Of a stretch of DNA of 64,000 nucleotides, positions 1 to 13,970 are shown one piece after another. The stretch comes from Octopus sinensis. Its lineage: Eukaryota. A program made the position numbers and the translations under genes. Location of the stretch: positions 19,034,001 through 19,098,000 of the forward strand of contig NC_043012.1 of assembly GCF_006345805.1 (NCBI RefSeq), read 5' to 3'. Under the pieces are notes generated by a model. It saw only the letters and a program-made list of their open reading frames with translations, was not told the DNA's origin and did not search any database. The stretch's first letter is position 1, and every line of letters begins with the position of its first letter.

Positions 1-206
1 ATTTTCTCACTCTTTTTAAATAATGTATTACAATCCACAATTCACCATATTTCTTAAATTTGAGTAATCGGTGAAAATGTTTTGATAATTTCAGGTCAGC
101 AATTGTGAAAATAATCTCCAGTTATGAACATTTATTGTTATAATCAGGAAATGCATACAAATTATTGTTATCTAATGCGTCGTACATTTCTTTTCTTCTT
201 TAATTT

Positions 207-441
207 GTTTCAGTCATTTGATTGCGGCCATGCTGGAGCACCGCATTTAGTCGAACAAATCGACCCCAGGACTTCCTACTTTGTAAGCTTAGTACTTATT
301 CTATCGGTCTCTTTAGCCAACTTCTTAAGCATCGGTTGTCAAGCGATGGTGGGGGACAAACACATATACACACATACACGTATATATTGAACATGGAACC
401 ATGTGGCTGGTAAGCAAGCCACTTAACACACAACCACTCCT
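207..441 (-). mobile_element. tRNA-derived SINE, family A, internally deleted
   Basis: Plus strand reads GTTTCAGTCATTTGATTGCGGCCATGCTGGAGCACCGC...AGTACTTATTCTATCGG...GGAACCATGTGGCTGGTAAG. The same motifs recur at 55168-55440 and 58744-59066, and inverted at 4695-4870. The degenerate tRNA-like head is at the right end, so the element is on the minus strand. Confidence 0.8.
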
Positions 442-732
442 TAATTATACACGTGCAACTTGTTCTTTTAGGGAAATTTAATTTATATGTTGTAAGTCAA
501 TGCGCAACGGATTGGTTAACTACCTGTATTGTTAGTGATGCTGTTGTTTGTATTCTAGCTTAGCTACGGCCTTGAGCCATTTCAGCTGACATGCTACCTG
601 GGAGAATTACATTCATTTTATAAATATATTAGAATACATTAAGCAAATTATATTCTAACGATATTAATGCAGAATTTGAGTAATTTGAACAATATCTCGT
701 GTCTGTTCTTATATACTGGATTGCTTTTTTTA

Positions 733-1056
733 AAAGACTCCGCAGGTTACGACGACGAGGGTCCCAGCTGATACGATCAACGGAACAGCTTGCTCGTGAA
801 ATTAACGTGCAAATGGCTGAGAATTCCACAGACACGTGTACCCTTAACGTAGTTCTCGGGGATAATCAGCGTGACACAGAGAGTGACAAGGCTGACCCTT
901 TGAAATACAAGTACAACTCATTTTTGCCAGCTGAGTGGACTGGAGCAACGTGAAATAAAGTGTCTTGCTCAAGGACACAACGCGTCGCCGGGAATCGAAC
1001 TCACAACCTTACGATCATGAGCCGAATGCCCTAACCACTAAGTCACGCGCCCTCAC
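733..1056 (-). mobile_element. Near full-length tRNA-derived SINE, family B
   Basis: Minus strand has A box TGACTTAGTGG (1045-1035) and B box GTTCGATTCC (1000-991), followed by TGTGTCCTTGAGCAAGACACTTTATTTCAC, a central domain typical of invertebrate SINEs, and a ~250-bp body. ORF 699-953 is the antisense of this body. Confidence 0.85.
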
Positions 1057-1588
1057 ACACTGGATTGCTCTCTCTCTCTATATATATATATTTAAAAAAA
1101 ATTTAAAGGATTTCTTCGTTAGTCGTTTTTGCAATTACATATATAGAGAGGATTGTATCACATTACTGGCAAGTGCGATACGGTATACTAATATCTAGGT
1201 TGTTCTACATGTAATCTCGATTCGAAGAACAAATCCAACGTTTCAGTATTCAGCATTGAAGGGCTAAAATATAACAATGAAACAGATTTTAAGATCATAT
1301 GAGAGAAACGAACTATGATATCACCCCCCCCCCCCCCAACAGATAATAATGAGATTCTGAAATGTAATCAGCTTTATTAGATTGCAAGAAAATAGAATGT
1401 TAATTTAATGAATATATTATTTAAATGACTAAGATTTTTATCCAGAATCATTAATGTCGTCTGATAAAATATATGCAAGCAGAAGAAGCAAAAGCTAATG
1501 AATGGCTTTGAAATTTATTAGAAGCATACAAATCCATTTTTTGTCCTCGGGTCATTCGCTTTCACAAAGATTAATGTTTCTCGCATAG

Positions 1589-1624
1589 AAAAGCGAAACA
1601 TAGCTGGCAGAGACTATCAACTAG
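1589..1624 (+). CDS. Candidate small internal exon of an unidentified host gene (KRNIAGRDYQL)
   Basis: TGTTTCTCGCATAG|36 nt|GTTGAG. Open in phase 1->1 and phase-compatible with 2109-2141. No homology recognised. Confidence 0.2.
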
Positions 1625-1689
1625 GTTGAGCAAATGGTATTTCTAACCGTGTATATGTGTATACTCGCACACGCAGACATACAGACATA

Positions 1690-1765
<76 letters not shown>

Positions 1766-1914
1766 AGTATATATACACAAGCATACATATATTTTTATAC
1801 GCACATATGGATATACATATATATATATATATATATATGGATATAAACATGTATATATATACATGTAGATATATATATATGTACACACACACACACCACA
1901 CACACACATATATA

Positions 1915-1945
<31 letters not shown>

Positions 1946-2108
1946 CATATACAGACCATGCCCGTTAATTATTATAGATGAATAGGAAATGCACATTGTT
2001 TTGATGCACACCTTATTTTTTCTTTCTTTTTATTTACTGTATAAATTAATTTTACATTTGAATAGGTAGATTTGAATACTGCGAATTAATGCATTAATAA
2101 TCCATCAG

Positions 2109-2141
2109 CTAAAAGCCTTAATCGTGTATGTCTAGAGGCAA
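2109..2141 (+). CDS. Candidate small internal exon (KSLNRVCLEA)
   Basis: AATCCATCAG|33 nt|GTAAGG. Only one frame is open (phase 1->1). Confidence 0.25.
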
Positions 2142-3247
2142 GTAAGGCTCGCTTTTGTTTGTTTCTCATTTTCGAAATTATCCATACGAAGTATTGTCAC
2201 AGTCCTATAAAATATGTACAGCTTCAAAAACATGAAGTAATTTAGCAAACACACGCTCCTCTTCCTTTCATCTAATTGCATTTTCTAGAAGACAAAAAAT
2301 GAATTTTAATGCTTATCCCTAATGTTGCTCACTCAATTCTTAATTTAAAAGAGGCAATCATTTCGACATTTCTTCAAATTTGAAAAATGTCCACAGGTTG
2401 CCCTAATAAATGTACGTATCTGTAGACGAGATAGCATTCGTTTTAGATTACTATTCCTCCAAAATCTCACATTTAAGTATATTATCTTTCGCTATCATTA
2501 TATAGAGTATATTACGTAAGTGTCGGTCTCTTATACAATCTCGGCGTATGCAAACTTGAAATATATACGGACCTTTTAATTGAATTTAGAGGTTTTTCCG
2601 AAACATGCAATAACTGATAGATAATATGTTCTGTGAAAATCTTTAAGTACAACTGAAACGAATGCAATAAAATGCATTTAAATTGCTATTGATTTCAAAT
2701 TCTGATATATAATTATGAGTTATGTACCAAGTAGTGCAAACTACAACAGTATGTTCCTCCCGCTTCAATAAGGCACAGATACATACTTGTATGACTACGA
2801 GCGCGCGCGTGTGTGAATATGCGTGTGTGCCGTTTGCCTCAGTGTGTGAATCTATTTCATGAAAATAATGAGAAAGCGTTGAAATGCCGTTGTGGAATAA
2901 CTGTTATGGAAACTTAGAGTTATTTGGAAATAGAGCAATCTTCCAGGGAAGCAATTGCGGACAGTTTATAACATGAAACACATCAACATAAATCGTCAGA
3001 ACTTAAATCGAAGACGACGCACATATGGATGGTGGTAGCAGAATAAGTATTGCATTCTCAGAGTGAGAACAATTGTAAAAGGTGGAAATTGTAAAGAAAA
3101 AATAGTCCCAGTAATTCATTTGTTAATTTCATAAGTTATATACTTCAGCACAGAAACATTAGTGCCTCGCAATCTGTATTTCTAATAATTATTCGCCTAT
3201 ACATATATATCGCTTCTAGACTCTCCTATTACAACAATACAATTTCA

Positions 3248-4520
3248 GTGTCAGTGCTGATTCCAACATTTGGGATACCCGATAGCCCTGTAGAAAAAAT
3301 ACATTCTATAGATATTAAAACCCTAAAGATTCTAACATCAACTGGAAATCTCCACAGAAATAATGATATCCACGGGCTCTACCATAGGAAAGATAAAATA
3401 GGTAGATGCTTGTGTTCAGTGCAGCAGGCTTCGATTGTTGCATGATCCCTCTCAATTAGCAGTTGCTATGCAACAGTACCAAAATTAAATACGTTAAATT
3501 GATGCTGGAAAGTGAAGAAAACAATTTCCTACGTGTTGGAAGAGAGCTCCTCGTGTTGGAAGTATTCTCTTCCAATGACCTCCTCCTATACTATTCTTTG
3601 TCAGCCGGACCAGCATGTCCCAAATAAGATCAGGAGGTGAAACGCTCGGCATACCAAAGAAAGACCATGCTTGGTAATGTTTGCTGAGAACTTGAAGAAG
3701 ATTCTAAGATCGATGTGAAGCGAAGTCTCTTTTGAACTTGTTACTCTTAGGTCGCATCCCACTCCCAAAGCTATGCATTTACAGTCCAACTATTCGAGGT
3801 TTCTACTAAATACCTAATCGACGAATGAGACAGTACAGTCCTTAGAGTTCCAAGATGAAACTGTAAACGTGGATCCTTTCATATTTCCGTGGAAGACATA
3901 ACACATGTGATTAGCAGCATCAAGGTACTACCTCCCTATGCGACAATACGTCGTCACAACAAAATATACAATGCCATTCAGGAATAAAAAAAGATTGTCC
4001 TGGAATAAATATAGAGGATTGTTCCTGTCTTTGAATACGTTCATAAATATCAGCACAAGAAATACGGGTGGTTCATTCCCATAAAAATATCTGCCAAGTA
4101 TAACAATAACTGATCGTTTATTGTTATTTGGGACAGACAGGAAAAAGGATGCCGTCATAGAGGTCGGATGCACTACTGATGTCGATATCACTTAGAAAAT
4201 CAAAGGCAAGAAGATAACTTTGGACAACTGATTCGAAACGCCAGCTTCTATATCTGCATTAGAAGTTTACATTTATACCAATGCAAAATGGAGTACTCCG
4301 ATTTATAAGTAAATGCCTATCAGTCAGGGTGGAGGGGCTTGCATTTTCAGATAAAAGATATCAAGCAACTGATTCGGACATTACAAACACAATCTGCTAA
4401 ACTATTTCGTGTTTGTGAAGATGTATGTCTTAAAGGACTGTCACAATTCGTTCTATGGATAATTTCAAAAGTGAGAAACAAAAAAGCAGTAAAATTATGC
4501 AAAACGTTTCTAAGGTTTAA
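3248..4520 (+). mobile_element. Decayed RLE-type non-LTR retrotransposon (R4/Dong-like), post-RT region and restriction-like endonuclease
   Basis: Frameshifted translation gives VLIPTFGI...IDIKTLKILTSTGNLHRNNDIHGLYHRK, an RRHNKIYNAI-like segment, KKDAVIEVGCTTDVDIT, EDNFGQLIRN, IKQLIRTLQTQS and AVKLCKTFLRF. These match the order of motifs in R4/Dong-clade ORF C-termini. Multiple stops and frameshifts are present. Confidence 0.8.
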
Positions 4521-4626
4521 AAAATGCGACATCGTCTTGGTTATCTACATTCAAAACATGGAGCGTTGTGTATTTGTTAGAAATCAGTTCTTCCTTCAAA
4601 GGAAAATTTAAATGATTATAAGTAGG

Positions 4627-4665
<39 letters not shown>

Positions 4666-4694
4666 CACAGTGATATATATATAAATAATATATA

Positions 4695-4870
4695 GTCTCC
4701 CCACCATCGCTTGGCAACCGATTGTGATGCGTTTACTTCTTGTAACTTAGCATTTCGGCAAATGATACTGAGACAATAAGTACTAGGCTTAGAAAGAATA
4801 TATTGTGTGAGTGATTTGCTCGATTAAAGGTGGTGCTCCAGAATGGCCGCCGTCAAATGACTGAGATATA
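4695..4870 (+). mobile_element. SINE family A, 3' half
   Basis: Ends GGTGGTGCTCCAGAATGGCCGCCGTCAAATGACTGAGA, the reverse complement of the motif at 207-245. Confidence 0.75.
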
Positions 4871-4961
4871 TAAAAGAATATATATATACACATAATGTAT
4901 ATTTATACACACATATATATTCATGCATATAAGCATATACGTATATAGACAAACACACACA

Positions 4962-5008
<47 letters not shown>

Positions 5009-5367
5009 TGTATACAAATCATGTTTATATCTATACATACATATATGTATATGTGTGTGCATATATACATATACACATGCATATATAAGCACATACACAT
5101 GTGCGTGGGTTTGATTGTAGTAAACTCATATTTTCTTAAGTATAAATATAGATTACTTCAATAGCACAACAAACAAGTTCACGTCTACACTTCATTCATG
5201 CGTAATGCAACTATGTTCTAGAAATATAGGAATGCATTTGTTAAGAAGATCTATGAAAATTCATTAAACATGAACAAAAATCAATTCCAGAATATACTGT
5301 GCAGCAGCAAAGGATTTAGTCCATAAAACTGTCTGAAATTTATGTTAAAGTATATTTTGGGCTGAAT

Positions 5368-5497
<130 letters not shown>

Positions 5498-5990
5498 GTA
5501 TGCATATATGTATATATGTATATATATGCATGCATATATATATATATATATTTATGGAATGAAGCCAACGTCAGTGATAGTACGGACCTTTAACTTTAAT
5601 GAAATATAATATGTATTAGAAATCAATAGGCGAGTTATATTTATTATGTAAACCTATATTTCTACATATACAACGGACATTAATAAATGTTTATTCTATT
5701 CATCACGACGAATGTAGCATAGTCGAAAACGCGGATTATTGCAAAAATATATCATGTGAACTGTATTCTCTTGCTGTGAAGAAAAAATATGTTGAGACGT
5801 GTGTTTCATTGATAACTACTTGTGTGTGATTATACACATTTTTGGGGAAGTATAGTTATTTAAGAAGAAATATGCGACAAAATTATACAAGCAATAAAAT
5901 AGGTCTTGAGCATTTTTGAACCTCTCTGTGTTTTATGAATAATAGTTTTTGTGAATATTGGGAGCGTTTCCAATTGTCTTTACCATTTAG

Positions 5991-6036
5991 GCATGACGCC
6001 TCTGTACAACTCTCGAACACTTGCCATAGATTTCCA
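5991..6036 (+). CDS. Candidate small internal exon (MTPLYNSRTLAIDF)
   Basis: GTCTTTACCATTTAG|46 nt, ~48% GC|GTAAGT. A competing minus-strand open segment (6068-5984, AG...GTAAAG) overlaps it. Confidence 0.3.
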
Positions 6037-6225
6037 GTAAGTGATATGAAGAAATTTTACTGACGTGTCTGTTTAACATATAGATTCACACTCATATATA
6101 CCACACACATAATATATATACACACAATTTTCTGTACTTTATTAATATGTGCGCAAAATTGTATACATGCATGTGTGTATGTATGTATATATGTATATTT
6201 GTATATATATATCTATGTATATATG

Positions 6226-6275
<50 letters not shown>

Positions 6276-6279
6276 ACTA

Positions 6280-6325
<46 letters not shown>

Positions 6326-6567
6326 AACACAGATGTATACATATACTGCCAACAGGATATATATGGCTTGCCTGGTTTTCTGCTGCATAAATATATATTT
6401 CTATGCTCTTTTTCTCTCTATTTCTTTCTCAGTCCGTCTGTCTGTCTGTCTGTCTCTCTCTCTTTCTACTGTATACATGTGATATATATATATATGTGGT
6501 TGGGTGCCTTTGAGCACTTCATAATTGATTCTATCGTATCTATGTATATATATGTTAATATAGACGT

Positions 6568-6698
6568 ACATACATACATGCATACATACATACATACATA
6601 CATGCATACATACATACATACATACATACATACATACATACATACATACATACATACATACATACATACATACATACATACATACATACATACATACA

Positions 6699-6726
<28 letters not shown>
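6568..6726. repeat. (CATA)n microsatellite, about 40 units
   Basis: Near-perfect CATA run. Confidence 0.95.
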
Positions 6727-6729
<3 letters not shown>

Positions 6730-7730
6730 GTGTGCCTGCATATATTTCACGAAAGTATTTATGTTATGCATTTATATATTCTGCGTAGTTTATTATATCC
6801 AGAATTTTAATTATTGGAAATATTTCCTAATATAATATCGGCAAACTTTCAAATTAACAAAAGAATAATAAAAGATGAAATACAGAATTAAAATGGTGCG
6901 AGAAAATTACTTGTCTCAGTTGGAGGTATATGAGAAGTATTAAATGAACAGTATCATTACTGGATGTGGCAGAAACAAAAGATTCATGAAATACAATATT
7001 TGAAAGTGTTGCGAAACAAATGACTATCAAGCAAACAGATACCAGCAATTGTACTAACATCGGTAATACAATTATTAGTGTATCACTTTCATCCCGATAT
7101 CATGAAGACATATTAACACTCTACTAACAAGAAATCTCACGAAGGCGTTAGATTGAAAACGCCAAGATCATAGAAAATGTAATATCTTTTGATGAATATG
7201 TAACTAACTATATCAAGCCGACACCATGATTGGCTCTCTGGTGATTGGGCAAAGAAAAAATAGGGCAAATCATCTGAAAAGAAGTACACTTCACATTTAG
7301 ATATATGTTCTTGGACATGTAACCTCAACATAAGCAGAACAATTTAGGTGATCAATACCGATTTTTGCTGAAATATGTTTGTATACATACAAACAAGCAT
7401 TAGGCGTTGGAAAGTAGACACGTTGAGTGAAGAATATAAACTATAGTTACGTAATTCTTACTGGATTTAGACCTCTTATATTGGAAGGGATATGAATGCC
7501 TCATGACATCTTGAAGCATTTCTTCCTTCATAACGAGCATTATCACATATGCTAGATTGAGTGTTATTAGTCATTATACATTAACAGCGAATTAAAATTT
7601 AAACAGATGTAAATGATGACGTTACTGCAATCGTTTTTAAGACAGTCTGGAGGTAATTATAGCAATAATTTCCTACCTCTGGCATGGGATAATTGGCCTT
7701 ATATACTTCGTTGAATGACATTTGTTATAG

Positions 7731-7764
7731 AAAGTTTGGTGGAATATTCTCTTCACTTTTATTC
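7731..7764 (+). CDS. Candidate small internal exon (34 nt, frame ambiguous)
   Basis: CATTTGTTATAG|AAAGTTTGGTGGAATATTCTCTTCACTTTTATTC|GTGAGT. All three frames are open. Confidence 0.25.
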
Positions 7765-8393
7765 GTGAGTTTGTTGTCAATTCTATGGTACAAATAGTGA
7801 TATTGTCTTTGTTAGGAGGCGCCGTTATTTTCAGTAATACAATTTTTGTCCAATAAATAAAAGATAGACAAGACATTGTCGCCAGGCACGCGATATTTTT
7901 TGTATATACTACATAGTAGACTGAGCAGCATTCAGTTTAATTGCCGCTATTGATTCTGAGGATTTTAATAAATGCATAATAATTCCAGTCACGATTTAAA
8001 CAAGGCAATAGGGACAAAAAAAAATCAAGAAAAGAGGTACATAGATGAATAGGTGGATAGATAGGAATAGAGATGAATGGACGAACTCGCGGCATTATGA
8101 TTTATCTGCGTGTATATTGATGTGAGATTTGAATGACGAAATATATTCTATGTATGATGCCGTTTTCCAGCGATGCAAAATGAACAGCTGCAGTCGCACA
8201 GCCATAAGTTTATATGCATGTCTCTTTGTCTATCTGTCTGTCTGTCTATGCGTATGTATTTATGTGTGTGTATATATGTATGTATATATGTATGCATGTA
8301 TGAACCTTTTGTTTATATTGTAGGTAGTTCATCTCTATGCAAATTACATGTGATTTACAGGTTTTCCAGAAAATATTTCCCGATAATTTGGAT

Positions 8394-8432
<39 letters not shown>

Positions 8433-9396
8433 TTACGTAGAAGGTAATACAGAGTTGCTAACTGCCTTTATATATTTTTTGCATGAAAATTAATTATTAG
8501 CCTGGCAAATTTATATTAATTTTAATCTTTCAAGTAACAGAATCACAGTTACAGAGATTTTGTTAAAAAGTAATGTCACTTCTATCGATTCTTAAGTTTA
8601 GAGCCTCGCTCTTTTATTTATTAGATCTTTCAATTAATTGACAACACTACAACAAAACACATAATACAATATGACCAACAATCTATAGGATTATTCAACG
8701 TGTGATTGTATTGATTTTTCTGCCAGCGATTTTGTCATATCGTAGAAAGAAGAAAGCAAATTATATCATCGCTATTTTCTGTTAGTGCATAGAAACGAAG
8801 AACATCTCAAATCTCAAGGAAAAATCTCTTTCTTTCTTTCTTTCTTCTTTCTTTCTTTCTTTCTTTCTCTCAATTACTTTATGCATGCATATATGTATGT
8901 ATGTATCAATATGTCTATCTATCTATGTGTGTATGTATCTATCTATCTATCTATCTACCTATCTATCTATCTATTTATCTATTTATCTATCTGTCAATCT
9001 GTCTGTCTGTCTATATATCTGTCTGTCGGTCCATCTGCCTGTCTCTCTCTTTCTCTCTCTCTCTATCTATCTGTCTATCTATCTATCGAAACATTATCTA
9101 TAACTTGTAAAAAGTACACCCATGCATACATACATATGTGTATTCAGACAGAGATACGAAGACAGAAGACAAATTGTGCCATCGATCAATTCACAGATAG
9201 ACTAACAGAAATAGACTACGAGAGACAGAGAACCTTATGGAGAGATAAATAGACAGGCAAATCGATTGAATGATACACTGATAGAGAGATCCAATGACAG
9301 ATAAATAGTTAAGTACATATTCAGACACGTAGACAGAGAAAAAAATTAACATTTCACAATTAAAAAATCAGAACTGAAGGGAGCAGCTTCACCAAT

Positions 9397-9428
<32 letters not shown>

Positions 9429-9662
9429 GGGTGTGGGTGCGTGTATGTGTGTGTGTTTTGGGGTTATTTGTGTGACTAATAGTAGATGAAAACACGTGGA
9501 CGACAGGGTAACGTGTGTACTTCACGTTCAGTGCTGGGATCTATGCCTCATCAGAATTCTGCGATGAAATCTTCACCAAGATATAAATTATTCATTGTTC
9601 CAATCAACCTAACAAAACAGTTTCAAGACACCAGATCTTCTACACTGCTTTTTTCAAAACAG

Positions 9663-9706
9663 GCGTAAAGCTCTAGATATTTTGTTAAGAGCAGCGCAGA
9701 AAGTCA
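9663..9706 (+). CDS. Candidate small internal exon (RKALDILLRAAQKV)
   Basis: GCTTTTTTCAAAACAG|44 nt|GTGAGT. Open in phase 2->1 and phase-compatible with 10281-10312 (YITTYNVVHL). Confidence 0.3.
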
Positions 9707-10080
9707 GTGAGTTCAAATAACTGCGGATATATATATATGTGTATGTGTGTGTTTGTGTGTGTGTGTGTGTGTGTGTATGTGTGTGTGTGTGTGCTTGCGC
9801 GCGCGTGCGTGTGTGTGTTTAGATTTCTGGATGCATAAGTGTCTGTGTCCACGTGCTGAATTGTAGTAAAAATATACAAAGGTATATTTATGAAATAAAA
9901 TATTTACTTAGCCGAACTCTTTCGCCTGTGATTATCATGACTAAGTACTAGCGATATCCTCACAAATTCATGCTATCATAAGTGTTCATCCCATGCTAGT
10001 AAGAGGGTGGACACACATTCTTTGTCCTACTAATATGGAAAGAGAAATAATGTGAATCCGTCCTCTTACTAACATGGTAT

Positions 10081-10134
<54 letters not shown>

Positions 10135-10439
10135 ATGTTTGTGTGTGTGTGTGTGTGTGTCTGTATATATACATATGCACACTCAACCACCCACACACTC
10201 GTACATATACGTCTGCAAATATATATCGTTAACTGGATTCATACACCACGCTATTGCCGTAGCTGAGTTGCCATTTACAGTTTACATTACCACTTATAAT
10301 GTAGTCCATTTGGTAATTATCTATATTTTCTCTAAATGTTTTCCCACAAATTCGGATTTTTAGCCTGGTGCTAGAAGAATATCCTCCAATGTTAAGCTAT
10401 ACTCCAGTATGGATAATTATCTTTGTATGCACATCAATA

Positions 10440-11100
10440 AGCAGGTTTCTTCTTAAGATAAGTAAGATTTTATGGGTGACCCACTGATACTGGAAGTCAA
10501 AATCGGTAATGTTAATTATATTCCCATCACTGTGCCGAAGAAATACGAAACAAACTTTCTCCCACGAGTATTACGCTTAACTATTCGAAGGTCAACACCG
10601 GAACTTAAACATTTTGCAAATATAATTACAAATATGATGCAAAGTCATAAGATTTTCTTTCTTGAAGTTAGGAGATCCATTTCTGTTATGTGTTTGCGCA
10701 TAACTGTATACACCATAAAGCAATATGTTTGAAAGTTTAAAACCAGTAAAGCTAATGATATTGCTAATAAATCGCCTTCGATAGACTAATCTCTGATTGT
10801 ACAGCAAAACAAAATGTCCTTCGAAACGGTGGTGTCCAGTTTCATACCTGATACCTACCATCGCTGTATCAACTCCTCATCAATTTATTGCTTATCTTGG
10901 GGAAGTGTTGATACGAGTTTCATGCTTAACCAAGTATAGGGGGAACGTTTTAGCACAAGCATGATATATACATACCTTCGTGGAAAGTCTCAAGCCTTTG
11001 GCTGTGAGGACATGTTTCAGAAGTGTCTGAAATGCAAATGAAAGCATCTTAAAACTCAAGTAGATTTGGATATCTAGAGATCTATCCAACTACAGAGATC
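10440..11100 (-). mobile_element. Decayed RTE-clade LINE, 3' portion of ORF
   Basis: Minus-strand SLDIQI...AFQTLLKHVLTAKGLRLSTKVCIYHAC resembles the RTE post-RT segment (L..RVW...GL.L.TK..VY.AC). The downstream GHHRFE...VLLY.. segment resembles the W.GH..RM...PK.+LY motif. Confidence 0.7.
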
Positions 11101-11845
11101 TACCTAGTTGTACGCTTTGCTAGAGTGTTATATTCCTCATAAGATTTATACTAAAAAATCTGTATGACAAAAGCCACTACGAGTACGGATATTCTTCCTC
11201 TAACACTCGCTACGTGAAACTTTAAAGTTTAAAAACCCTGTTTTAAAGTTATGAAGTATTTTATTTCGAATTGAAACAACTCCAGTTAAAATGTTGCATA
11301 TACGATAACTTGGTGGTGGGGTGCATGTCTAAATCGCAGTTTCTAAATACATAACCATGATTTCATTATATACGGTGGCTGAACTCGATGTATTATGCCG
11401 ACGTGTTTATTACCATTCTTTACATAGGTTTCTTCTGGCAGTGCACCATTCCAGTTCTGTGAAATTTGACACAAATATGAATATTCAATATTATTCGCCG
11501 TGCTAAGTATTTGCATCAGAAAACTTAACATTTCTTTCTATTGTTGGAACAATACGTTAAATTTTGAGGTACAAGAGTAGTTGGTTAGATTAACAGCAAT
11601 GCTCGACTCCTAATATTGTTTTCGATCCTGAAAAGATGAATGTCTACTTCGAGCGAGATACTGTAACAATTATGACAGCTCGCTGCTTTCAGATCAACTA
11701 GCATTTTCCCTCTGTGCATTCCGCTTCAAATATCAAGCACTTCCTCTACAAACTTGAATCCATGTTGTGAGCCTGGAAGAATGAGTTGTGCATTTGGTTA
11801 ATTATTTGCTAAAACACTGACACTTATTTTACCAACATATGCTAG

Positions 11846-11895
11846 GTTTGAATTACCCCAATAATTTCAACAGTGACATATATTCGTTTCTAAAG
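11846..11895 (+). CDS. Candidate small internal exon (LNYPNNFNSDIYSFLK)
   Basis: CATATGCTAG|50 nt|GTAAGA, with the exon ending in AAG. Open in phase 1->0. Confidence 0.25.
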
Positions 11896-12779
11896 GTAAG
11901 ATATCAATGAATATATTAGCATACACGACTTCTTAAAAACACCAGCTAGTATAGAATAGATTCGTGGAACTTTTTGCTTCGCAGTTCAGTTTCTAATGTG
12001 TAAAGATTATCTTCTGTTTTACATATAACGAATTTCTGTGTGTATGTATACATGATTGCATGGAAAATAGCTGCAATATTTAGGCATATCTAATACGCTT
12101 ATTCTCGTTCAAAAGTACGCCGGCCATAAGAAGATCAGCGATATAGAACCATATTATGTGTAAGAACGAGCATTTAATCTTAGACGATATTATATATTTC
12201 TGTCCCACTCTTTCAATTTGTGTTTGTGTTTTATTCGATATCAAATTTACTGCATGCATCTACTAATGTAGTGTACGAATTGGTGCAATAAATAGTAATA
12301 TCGTGTACCCCCTATACGTTCACAGAATCCTTGATGAAAAATAAATATTTCATGTAAACAACACAACAGAAATGTTATAGTTACGATTACAATGTAATTT
12401 GTACATGTATATGTGTAAGAAGGAAACTAGTTGCGAATTTAAATTTCATAATGGTTTCTTGAAATAAAACATATATATATATGAAAATAATACATCTATG
12501 ATGCTTGATTATACTATATCTACAGATTTATCTTGAGTGTAATCGATAAATGTGTGACCTGGATTGGAAGCAATTTTCGATTGGGGAACGGCTTATCTAT
12601 GTTACATAATTTTTTTAGTATCAATTTCTAATAATCTCCCGAAGAGAGATAGATGGTACGCGTATTGTAATTCACGTCCAAAAATCTATCTCCATTGTAC
12701 ATACACCAACATACATACACACACACGCGCGCGCGCGTGTACCTATATTTAGATATGTATAGTTGAAATTTAATGAGAA

Positions 12780-13740
12780 ACAGTAGATGAAGACAGGTGT
12801 ATGAACAACAAGCGAGTGTATTTGTTTGACGCTCGGGAACAATGAAAAAGTCGTTTACGTTCGAGCATACGCTCTTCAACAGAAAGGAATAAGAGAAAAT
12901 ACACAAAGAGGGAGTAGGTATGTACACAAATGAATGGAGTAGGTATGGTTGGTGTCAGATGAAGAGAGAAGGTGAATTGAGAGCATGCAGCGCAAAGGAC
13001 AAAAGAGAAGATTAATCCATGTTCACGAGGAAGGTGGGAGTCCGAATGGCCACTGTGAAAAGACAGCCTGTAGAGATATGGTAGCAAATGGCTGGTAGAG
13101 CAGTCATGGTGCGAGACCGGGGTGTCATTGCCGAGTCTGATGTCTCGGAGGTGCTCCGCGAACCGGTCAGGCAAGCTGCGTCCCATTTGACCTTTGTACA
13201 GGAAAGCACAGAGAGAGCAGGTGAAACAGTAAATGACGCTCCTAGAAGTGCTGGTAAAGAATTCGGTGATGTGATAGGGACGATGATGGGTACCTGTGAG
13301 AATGGTGATATAGAGATATAAGGGCAAGTGCAACAGCATGGGCGGAACCAGGGTAACGAGCCACGCTGCGTGACTGGTTTAGGAAAGAAAGTGCGGACCA
13401 GGAAGATGCACATGCTATGGACTCGTTTGAAGGAGGGAAGGTTCTACGTTGGGGAAGATGTGCGAGGCGGAAGGGTCGGACGGGAGTCGCTGAAAGCCTC
13501 GTAGAATGGTTTGTTGGTGGGGCACGGTGGACAGGTGGTAGGTGAGGGGAAATTGGAGACGAGCAACGGTACGGTTCACAGATCGTACTTTGGCAAGGGT
13601 AATGTGGATAGTGATGAGGGGATATCGCATATATATGCGATAGGCTCCGTTCGCTTTAAGAGTATCAAATGTACTCGCAATTGTTTTGGTTGACATGGGG
13701 TTGAACCCACAACCAGGTAGTTGTATGCCATTGTATTCCT
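12780..13740 (-). mobile_element. Penelope-like element (PLE): RT C-terminal region, GIY-YIG endonuclease and 3' tail, decayed
   Basis: ORF 12770-13339 has FTSTSRSVIYCFTCSLCAFLYKGQMGRSLPDRFAEHLRDIR...PVSHH, a GIY-YIG domain with the PLE-specific CxxC linker. Upstream, LQFPLTYHL...ILRGFQRLPSDPSASHIFP matches the PLE post-RT region. Confidence 0.9.
12850..12882 (-). ncRNA. Degenerate minimal type I hammerhead ribozyme in the PLE tail
   Basis: Minus strand reads CTGTTGA-A-GAGC-GTAT-GCTC-GAA-CGT-AA-ACG-AC. Stem II is intact; the core has substitutions relative to CUGANGA/GAAA. Confidence 0.55.
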
Positions 13741-13884
13741 GTGCAGAATTTGAACTCAGAGTAGCATTTTTTCCAGGGTGCATAAAACGACACTCACACA
13801 CATACACACACACACACGCTCACACACACACATATATACATATATACATGTATATGTATATAAATATATATGCATATGTATATG

Positions 13885-13970
<86 letters not shown>

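Noticed and set aside
699-953. 84-aa ORF with ordinary-looking composition
   Set aside because: It is the antisense strand of the family B SINE body.
1324-1337. C14 homopolymer as a G-quadruplex or regulatory element
   Set aside because: It is an isolated homopolymer with no supporting context.
7678-7722. Minus-strand start exon MSFNEVYKANYPMPE|GTAGGA
   Set aside because: No convincing downstream phase-0 minus-strand exon was found, and it abuts a competing plus-strand candidate.
13088-13321. Plus-strand 77-aa GC-rich ORF
   Set aside because: It is the antisense of the PLE GIY-YIG coding region.
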